Part shown: positions 45,144-64,000 of the stretch, in pieces
Position numbering within the stretch: position 1 is the stretch's first letter
Layout: each line of letters begins with the position of its first letter
Assembly: GCA_020137815.1 (NCBI GenBank)
Contig: CM035361.1
Span: 3,348,001 to 3,412,000 of the forward strand
Source of the DNA: Hormiphora californensis
Taxonomy: Eukaryota > Animalia > Ctenophora
Length of the DNA stretch: 64,000 bases
Direction of reading: 5' to 3'
Position numbers and translations under genes: made by a program
The notes under the pieces: generated by a model
The model's database searches: none
What the model saw: only the letters and a program-made list of their open reading frames with translations
Told to the model about the DNA's origin: nothing

Positions 45144-48100
45144 TAGGAACTCTGGGATTGCTGGTTAATGGTTTCATCGTCTACAAGATGATTCGAAACA
45201 GAAAGAACTTCAACGAACACACCATACTGTTTGTAAACGTCGCGGTGAGTGTTTTTAGCACAAATTGTTTAGTTTGAAACATGTTTTTAATATGCTTGTA
45301 CATACATCGTTGACTGTTCCAGTTATTGAACAAAAATTCACTTTGGTTTCCATGACATTACTCCTTGCTTCCCTCCAGTTACCAAGGAAATAACAATCTT
45401 CTCCCTCTCCAGGCGACAGATTTAGTATTTGCTCTGGCGGCCGTCGTGATACGAGCCCCGGGTATTCTTCTACAGGAGACCTACTACAATGCACCTTGGT
45501 TCTGCATCAGCTCTTTCTATGTCATACAGTTTTCATATGGAGCGGGGTCGTGGAGTTTAGTGCTGATCACACTTGATAGGTTCATTGCGATACTCTTTCC
45601 CCTGAGGTAGGGAATTATAGAGATTACCAAAATTCAGCTCCTTCACTTTTGGTAATCTCTATTGCCATGTCCGACCCTGTTGCCCCCGTCCCGCCAAATG
45701 TAAAGGAGGGATATCATATAAAAAGGAAATGGCACATATATAGTATAAGATATAATCAAAGGCAGGGCTAGGACCCATTGGGGTTCCAAAAGTTTTCAAG
45801 TCACCTGTTTTTCTAAAACTACACATGTTGATTCTAGTCAACAAGTCTAATCACCTTCAGGCGACTCAAAACAATATCACCTCTTCACTCTCCAGGTATT
45901 CCAGCTACCTCAACAGAAGGACCCGAGTAGCATTTCTCCTCCTTGCCTGGCTAGTTATACCTGCCGTCTATGCTGCCATCGTGTCAATGAACCCTGAGTC
46001 CCCCACGGATACCATTGTCTACGATGGATCTCTCTATAGATGCAGTATCAATGTGAGTCGTTATTAAAATATGGAAGTATTTGGGGGGGGTTCAACCTAA
46101 AAATTTCCATTTCCATTTGCCAAAATCCGGGTATCGATGGAAATTTTTAGAAATTTTTAGAATTTTTTAGAAATTTTTAGAAATTTTTAGAAGTTTTTAG
46201 TACTAAAAATTTCTAAAAATTTCCAAAAATTTCCAAAAATTTCCATTAATTTCCAAAAATTTCTAAAAATTTCTAAAAATTTCCAAAAATTTCCATTGAC
46301 CAAGAAAAGAAAAATTAACAAAAACATGAAAATATTATACAAAAACAGTTGTCGCAGAACTGGTTCCTTTTCCTTACCTCTTGTGAGCACTGAGCATCAA
46401 TAAATCATAAAAATAGGTCAAAAACATCGAGATCATATATTTTTTGACAATCCGTACAATTTCTTCAGAAATCATAGATTCATTGGCCAACTAAGGCCAA
46501 CTAAGGGCGTCTCGAAAACTTATTGAAAAGTAAGTTACCAAATAGCACAAGATACAGGGTGTTCATTTTGGATCTTTACAAGCGTTGGGCTTCACCCAGA
46601 AGAAAGTTGACAAAATTAGGTCATGAAACTTCATACTTTTGGCATCGAAACTTCCAGAAGGAATTTGCTAAAATGTTTTTTGGGTATTTTCTATGTCAAT
46701 CCTAAAGTTTCATGGAGATTGGATGTGGGGGTGCTAGAGCTCCAAAACCGCCAGGAACCTTGAATGAGGGTATAGAATAGTCCAAGTATGAAGTTACATG
46801 ACCTAATCTTGTCAACTTTCTTTTGGGTGAAGCCCAACGCTTGTAAAGATCCAAAATGAACACCCTGTACCTTACATTCCTTCGGACGGAATGCCTAATA
46901 CCGTAGTAGATCGGGTTTCTTAGCATACAATATAGAAACTTAAAACTTTAAACTCTTTTTTAAGCTAGATCACTGTAGATCATGGATGTAGCGTGTATAA
47001 CTAACTTTAAGTTAGTAACTTACTGTCGAAAACATGCAAAGATTACCTGTCATTAGCTTGGAATTGGGTTACCGACAAACTTCTAAAAACGTTTAAAAAC
47101 TTCTAAAAACTTCTAAAAATTTCTAAAAATTTCTAAAAACTTCTAAAAAATTCCATTTACTAAAAACTTCCAAAAATTTCCATTGTCCATAAATTTCTAA
47201 AAATTTCTAAAAATTTCTAAAAATTTCCAAAAAATTCTAAAAATTTCCAAAAATTTCCAAAAATTTCTAAAAATTTCCAATATAAAATATCCATTTGCCA
47301 AAAAAGTGGGTATCAATGGAAATTTTTAGGGTTGAACCCCCCCCAGTATTTAGTGATTTCTGTGAATTGTTGTTGAACTCAACAAGTAAATTAGGGGATG
47401 TCTGTTGCCATGCCGATTAATATAAAAAGCAAAGCAAGGCGACAAGAATAAACCCATGATATCCTAAGACACAAAACAACTAGGGTAAGCTGGGGCAATG
47501 TATAAATTGCGTATTTTAGAACCTAAAACGTTAAAAATGGGGCACTTTTGCCCCAGCTTACCCTATGCCACTTTCCTATAAAACTGTACCCCTATCTCAT
47601 ACCCCAATGTATGTACAGTCGGACCCCGATTTAGGGCCCCCCGATTTAGTGGCACCCCGATTTAGGGACAGGATTTTTTCCCCCGATATAGGAAATTAAC
47701 CTTATTTGACCCCGATTTAGTGGACACCCCGATTTAGTGGACAAGAGCCTTTCCCCCGAGGGTGTCCCTAAACCGGGGTCCGACTGTAATAATATTATTC
47801 CAATACCCTAAGACACAAAACAACCTACACCACACAACTGATCCCAGCTACAATCCCAGAGAACTAACGCTCAGTTCGAGGAGCTAAAGTACCTAGCGCT
47901 GGCAATGTTCTGTTTTCTCCCCACTGTGATTCACATGATATGTTACACGGCCATGTTCGTGGCAATGTCCAAGCTACCGAAACTGAATAATAGCTGCTTC
48001 CATCTACTAAAGGTACTTTTAATTGAGTATTGACCTAGTCTTTGCTTTAATACAATTGAGACAATTGCCATCACATCCCAGCTAGACGGTCTTGTTTAGA

Positions 48101-48642
48101 CTTCTATTCTAGTTAACAAACCCATTGAGTACAGATCTGCTCTTGTTTCCCAACCAACTATGAACACCTCCCCCTCCCTTCAGACAAGTCTAACACCTCG
48201 TCCCCTTCAGACAAGTCTAACGGTGTTTCTGACGTTCACCTGTACGTTCATCCCAACTGTCATCTCAGAAGTATTTACAACCCACTCCTCCACCGGGGTC
48301 TGTCTCTCCCCATCTATCCTATGTTCCGACTACTACTCCGGATTCGCTGCCATTGTATTTTATATCTCCATCCTTACCAACCCTGTAGTCTACTCGTTCA
48401 GTCTACCAAAGTTTAAGGAACTGTTGACGAGGAAATTAGTGTTTGATTTTGAGAATTCCATGGCAGCTGAGGTAGTTGAAGCAGCAAGATGTAAACTGAG
48501 ATCCCTGAGTCATGGACCTACTAATAATCATCTGACTGTGGGAGGTTTAGGGGACAATATCTCACATGATCTTAGTTCTGTTAAAGACAGTAAATCTGGG
48601 AAGAGTGATTGTGCTATTATATTTGAGAATAGTGCGACATAG
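45101..48642 (+). CDS. Rhodopsin-like (class A) GPCR; exons 45101-45244, 45413-45606, 45896-46052, 47860-48012, 48211(or 48184)-48642
   Basis: TM1 GTLGLLVNGFIVY, TM2 FVNVAATDL, TM3 C...ITLDRFIAILFPLRY, TM4 LAWLV, ECL2 Cys, TM5 CFLP...ICY, TM6 CTFIP, TM7 LTNPVVY. Splice phases are consistent. An additional upstream exon is possible. Confidence 0.92.
46083..47344. mobile_element. Foldback-like MITE with (aaaaatttcYa)n sub-terminal repeats, in GPCR intron 3
   Basis: ggggggggttcaacctaaaaatttccatt ... aatggaaatttttagggttgaacccccccc, flanked by agtattt on both sides. Confidence 0.8.
46555..46867. mobile_element. Tc1/mariner-type MITE (~85-bp TIRs, TA TSD) nested in the previous element
   Basis: ta|cagggtgttcattttggatctttacaagcg ... 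cgcttgtaaagatccaaaatgaacaccctg|ta. Confidence 0.9.
47481..47565. mobile_element. Mini-MITE with 18-bp TIRs
   Basis: tagggtaagctggggcaa ... ttgccccagcttacccta. Confidence 0.65.
47616..47786. mobile_element. pogo/Tc1-mariner-type MITE (TA TSD)
   Basis: ta|cagtcggaccccg ... ggggtccgactg|ta. Confidence 0.9.
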
Positions 48643-49002
48643 CGCTGGGATTGGTAGGTGTTTTTAAGGAAAATGGATTGGTTGGGAAAGTTATTATTAT
48701 TTATCATTGTGTCGTATCAGTGTGATTTGCCTTGTGGCTTGTTCGACAAAACAAAGTGTGATTTACATCGTAACTAAAACTTAAATAATTCAGTTTACAG
48801 CTTCAAGGCTAATCATGTGATGCTAATTGATCTATTATAGCTCATACAGGTCCCAAGGGCGCTGGCCAGCACCTAAAATATCCATTATCCAAGAAGAGCT
48901 AGAGTCACGTACCGTAGTGAGGGTTGAGCTGAGAATACCGCTGGCAATACATATTTGATAATGATGAAGAAGTGAGCTAAGCAACCGTAAAACGAACAAA
49001 TA

Positions 49003-50545
49003 GGCCAGTCATATGACGTTTTTTTCTCACCATAAAAGTTGTAAATCTAATTCCACTTTTAGGGTACTCTAATAGGTCCCTAGAACCACCAAAAAAATCC
49101 TTCGCGAATTTCGCGGTGAAGAACTTAGGTTTTTGGGCCACGCCCTTTTACCTATATTTTTAGCCTGTTTTGTAAGACGTAACATGGCTTAGGAACGGTG
49201 TAGAGACAAAACTGAGGGCACTAAAGTGATCAGCGTCCTCGCATTAGTGGGGGTAGACACCGAAATTAAGTCTATCTTTTCAGGTTAATTAGATAATTGG
49301 ATAATTAGATGCACACATAGCCGTTTTGTGGCTATATGGTGAAAACCATCATAGGAAACAAGTAGAGATGAAATCGAGGGCACCAATGTGATCAGCGTCC
49401 TCGAATTAGTGGGGGTAGGTACCGGAATTAAGTCTCTATCTCATCTGGTTAATTAGATAATTAGATAATTAGCTTTGCGCATAACCGTTTTTGGGCTATA
49501 TGGCTATAGCCACTTAGGGGTCACCACACACCAACGTTAAAATTAAAATTAAAATTTGACGTTTTTGGTCATAACTCTGTCATTTCTTGGCAAAATTGCT
49601 TCATTTTGGGCTTGTTGGAAAGAGGGCATCGAGCCCGTTCTAAACAGCCCAAGAAACTTGAAATCGGCGCAAAGTGCGCGGCGTTAAGGCGCATAATGCG
49701 CGCGTTAAAATTTTAAAATTTTAACACACACATTTTGTACTGTAACGCCGCGCAATTTGCGCGGATTTCAAGTTTCTTGGGCTGTTCAGAACGGGCTCGA
49801 TGCCCTCTTTCCAACAAGCCCAAAATGAAGCAATTTTGCGAAGAAATGACAGAGTTATGACCAAAAACGTCAAATTTTAATTTTAATTTTAACGTTGGTG
49901 TGTGCTGACCCTAAGAATGGTTTATAGACTTTTCACTGGTGCCATTTTGTAGGCAATGGCAAATTTATGGGGGGTCGACGTCGGGCTTTTAAGCTCTAGT
50001 TCCAACCGTTTAGCCGTTATTTGGCAAAATGGGCAAAAATGGTAAAAAGCCCGATTTTGAGCAACTTTAGAGCCAAATAACGGCTAAACGGTTGGAAATA
50101 GAGCTTAAATGTCCGACGTCGACCCCCCATAACTTGGCCATTGCCTACAAAACGGCATCAGTGAAAAGTCTCTAAACCATTCCTAAGTGGCTATAGCCAT
50201 ATAGCCCAAAAACGGTTATGCGCAAAGCTAATTATCCAATTATTTAATTAACCAGATGAGATAGAGACTTAATTTCGGTGTCTACCCCCACTAATACGAG
50301 GACGCTGAACACTTTAGTGCCCTCAGTTTTGTCTCTACTCCGTTCCTAAGCCATGTTACGTTTTACAAAACAGGCTAAAAATATAGGTAAAAGGGCGTGG
50401 CCCAAAAACCTAAGTTCTTCACCGCGAAAATCGCGAAGGATTTTTTTGGTGGTTCTAGGGACCTATTAGAGTGCCCTAGAAGTGGAATTAGATTTACAAC
50501 TTTTATGGTGAATTTTGATCCACATCCGACATCATATGACTGGCC
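49003..50545. mobile_element. Large multi-palindromic foldback element between the convergent GPCR and ALAS 3' ends
   Basis: ta|ggccagtcatatga ... tcatatgactggcc|ta. Outer arms ~49003-49517 and ~50182-50545. Inner hairpins ~49518-49911 and ~49912-50185. Confidence 0.85.
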
Positions 50546-51148
50546 TAAAGAACGGACAACGGAGGACCAAAGGACCAACAGAAATCGGAAAAGTGCATTT
50601 TGTGAAAAGTTTGACAGGTTTTAAGCGGGAATGGGACTCTCACATGAGTAAAATGCTGACAACGCGCGCAGCTGCACTTTTATTAATTACTGCACGCCGC
50701 GCGCTCCTGAGTTGTGTGCGAGATATCGTGCACAGGGGTGGGGCATCCCACACTCGACAAAATCAGCAGAGATAAAGATTTTCCGGAGCGTGCAGCAGAT
50801 GATGTTGTTTCTGGAGATTTCTAGAAATTCCGTACTAACTTCAGGAAATTCCGTAATAACTTCTTCACGAATTTATTCCGTTCCATTTATCACACCTCCA
50901 TCATGAATCAGTTTCAGCCTTTGGGATTTTGAACATTTCTGACGCGTCGAAACTTTAAATTAATTGCCAGGAGCTGATTCATGATATTTTGAACAAGAGA
51001 CAACTACACATATTTCATGACTCTCTCAAAACAAAGCATATAATATCCAAATCTAACAGTATACTAAATAATATACAAATTCCTAAATAATCGGGTCTGG
51101 AGGGTAAAATAACACACTCTAAGGGTCACACAAAGTTGTTAAATATCA

Positions 51149-60896
<9,748 letters not shown>

Positions 60897-60915
<19 letters not shown>

Positions 60916-61305
60916 GCTAGAATAGAAATGGTATCAGGGGTGTAGTAATAGGGGGGGGGGGGGGGGTGTCCTTGGCTAGGGAGGCCATGCTAGAAAAGAA
61001 ATGGTATCAGGGGTGTAGTAATAGGGGGGGGGTGTCCTTGGCTAGGGAGGCCATGCTAGAATGGAAATGGTATCAGGGGTGTAGTAATAGGGGGGGGGTC
61101 GACTGGTCGAGGGTCCTTGGCTAGGGAGGCCATGCTAGAAAAGAAATGGTATCAGGGGTGCAGGTGTAGTAATAGGGGGGTCGAGGGAGGGGGGTCCTTG
61201 GCTAGGGAGGGCATGATAGGAGACGTGGTATCAGGGGTGTAGTAATAGGGGGGGGGGGGGGGGGGTCGACTGGTCGAGGGGGGTCCTTGGCTAGGGAGGC
61301 CATGA
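60897..61305 (-). repeat. ~65-90-bp tandem array (6 copies including the functional one) = acceptor + ALAS start codon
   Basis: Minus unit ...cccctgataccatttctWttctag|cATGgcctccctagccaagg. The two most distal copies have lost the AG. Confidence 0.9.
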
Positions 61306-63056
61306 TAGGAGAAGTGATATTGTGGTTAGCATCGTAGCATTTGCTGTTAACCGGGTTAACTATAAATTAATTGACTATGTATCTTAGTAGAGTACAAGTG
61401 GGCATGTGGGTATGCAGTATTGTTCATACGGGGGCGGTGCAACAGCACAAGGGGTATGTACTATATGTAGTGAGGAACGGGAAATAGGTGTGACACAGTC
61501 ATAGCTACACCTTCTTCTCCCGAATCTTAGTTGGACCTGGACAAATTAAAATAGTTGAGTTCTCTGGCTGCCTGAAATGAGGTTGGGTACAATGTCCTCT
61601 CTCTAAACGTAGCGCACGCAATATCGGGAAAGAAGACAACTGAGGGAGAGAGAGAGAAGGAGAAAGATGGGATATCGTACCCAAGAAACGAGGAACATGT
61701 ACATCTGAGAGGAACAGAAATGAACAGCCAATATTGAGCTGAGAAAACGTGATACAAAATAAGAACGTTGGTCATGATGTATGAGTAAAATGAGGTAGCA
61801 TTTAAATACTCATCCGATTCTGTGACTTATGCATGACCTACATGAAGCATACCACTTTCCTTGCAGTGAATGATCTACTAAACTTTGCAATGAGATGAAG
61901 GTGCGGCCATGATTTAAATATTCCGTAATTTTGAAAAAATACTGCAGTTTATCGGCAAACAAGAACAATGGATACGCATCCAATAAATGGATATATAATT
62001 CATGCCCCTAGAATTAGTTGAACATTCCTGTTAACATGGTTGCTGTGGAAAGTACATTGTTTGATGAGGGTAGGTTCACATCATACGGCATACCATTAAA
62101 ATTATTTTCGTAGGTCCAATTTGACCCTGCATTCTTGGTCTAGTTGAATGTCTGCTTGCTAACCTCTAATTGAGTCTAGAGAGTCTACATGACAGTCCTC
62201 AATTTGACAGTTGCCAAGAGGTTAGTTACTGATTGGACTGATACCTGAGAACCCCTAAATACCAACATATCAGAGCAGCTATCAGTTTCAGAGTCATATT
62301 TTGAGAGTGGGCGTATGTATTAGGGCAGCTACAGTTTCAGATCACAGATGACACGTTTTGACACACACACACAGATCTGTGAGTGTGTGTATGCATGATG
62401 TGAGTGGGTGTATATAATAGTATGCATTTAGGGCAGCTACAGTTTCAGATGTGAGTGGGTGTATGCACATGGCAATGTGGCATGCTGAGAGAGTTATATT
62501 AATCCAGTTTCTCTAATAATACCATATTGTAGGGTTGTGTTCCCCCACCACTCTTAGTGTGTGATACATATGTGTTGTGTGTGTATTGTGTACATGTTGG
62601 GAGAGAAACATGATCCAGAGAATGTGTGCAACATACCTGCAGTAGGGGGGGTACCAACCTATTTTTTTGTATTTTTTTGTATTTTTTTGTACGGTCCGTA
62701 CAAAAAAATAACCAAAATTCCCTGCTTTTTCCGTACAAAAAATACAAAAAAATACAAAAAAATATACTGCTGAAGGGAACTTCTTTAGGGCCCCCTATAA
62801 GTCTCTAGAGGTTTGCGGGGTCCTTATACTGGCCTGTATAGCCCTCTAGTTTCGTAGTACTCATAATCCCGGTGTCCCAGCATATTTTTTGGCCGAGAAT
62901 GGCCAAAATTTATCCCCATTTTGGCCGATTTTTTCCCGTGGTCTAAGTTAGTTTGATAATAGTTCAAGATAGTGGAACTTTAATTAAATAGTCTAAAAAC
63001 GGTTGAGGTTTTGAATCTAATTTTTTTTATAGTATTTTAAAAGTTTTGAAAAAAAA

Positions 63057-63129
63057 TGGTCCGGGCGAGTTTCGAACCCGGGACCTTCCACGTGTCAAGC
63101 AGATGTAATAACCACTACACCATGGAGGA
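63057..63129 (-). pseudogene. tRNA-Val-derived sequence (GAC anticodon), degenerate
   Basis: A box tggtgtagtggt, anticodon loop ttGACac, B box ggttcgaaac and an oligo-T after it. The acceptor stem (tcctcca / ccggacc) does not pair. Confidence 0.7.
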
Positions 63130-64000
63130 GCTGACATGACTGCGATTTGAGAGTATATATTCTAGCGAGCACACAATTGGCCGGGGGAGAGAGGCCGATT
63201 CGGCTTTTTCAGTTTTTCGGCCTTCTTATGCCTCCTTTTTCCAGGCATGAGGGGGAATAAGTAGGCATATTCGGCCGAAAAATGAAATTTCATCAGAAAA
63301 TAAAGCTTGGGCACTATCCCGACATATTTTTGCACGCTGAATCACGTGAGCTACTTTTTAAAGTGCTCAGAGGTGAGGAAAGTGCCCTAATTGGCCATAA
63401 TTGAACCTAATTGGTCAAAAATTGAAATTTCATAGAAGACACTAGTAGGCCCGTTCGCCCTACGGGCGAATTTCGGGGAAATGGTAGCTTGATTAGGGAA
63501 CGCTGACATCACCTGCACCATCCGTTCCTAGCCTATCTCTCACTTTCTCCCTTCTCATGGTGTTGTACGCTCTGGGCTTCCTGACAATGTCAAGGTCCGA
63601 ATTTAAGAGATCGATGTCATCGAGGTGCAGTGCTGTTCCAGAAACTCATCACGTGAAAACTTGACCGCTATGTAGCCGATTCGGAGATTTCTATATTCGA
63701 CTGGAGTAATCACCCTTGGGCGAGGTTGGGCAAAGGCTTTACCGTAAAGCTATCCTCAGTGGTTGATTGGCTCGCTTGAACACGTTGGCGTAATCTGTCA
63801 TATTCTCTAGCCTGCTCTCTGACAGCAGCAGATCTTCTGGACCCATATAACCGTTGTCGAATAGCGCTTGGGGTGGAAGAGCTAGACATCAGGATTCAGG
63901 ACAGAAGTAAAAGAATGCACGTGCAGAATTGAATTCCCCCTTGGTACCCAGTTCTGCAACCGGGAGAGATCTCTCCAGGTCGCTCTAATAATTGCACGTG

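Noticed and set aside
63440-64000. Possible degraded transposon coding sequence at the window end
   Set aside because: Stops in all frames and no identifiable motif.

Overview
Intron-rich, repeat-rich animal genomic DNA. It is probably a ctenophore: a ~109-bp MITE here translates to 'QPIRTRYLGHVTGYQPIRDQYFL', which I recall from Pleurobrachia gene models but cannot verify. Spliced genes reconstructed by hand: (1) an unknown minus-strand gene (exon groups 3626-9356 and 24577-25009); (2) a TGF-beta/BMP-family ligand (minus, 27352-30643+); (3) a rhodopsin-class GPCR (plus, 45101-48642); (4) 5-aminolevulinate synthase (ALAS; minus, 13 exons, 51149-60915), with (5) an intact single-ORF UDP-glycosyltransferase nested on the same strand in ALAS intron 3. 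Mobile DNA includes a 5'-truncated LINE with an 8-bp TSD, an ORF1-only LINE-like insert, many MITE families, and a 5.2-kb Merlin-like foldback made of palindromic AGCGCTAATT decamers nested in a TA-TSD element. The main unexplained pattern is that in all four spliced genes, intronic tandem arrays are copies of the adjacent splice junction: branch point + polypyrimidine + AG + exon start (sometimes including the ATG), or exon end + GT donor. The largest is ~57 copies of a 70-bp unit in front of the GPCR. Parts of the window (~300-600, 1900-2200, 12100-12600, 29100-33600) look like noisy consensus, so base-level calls there are weak.
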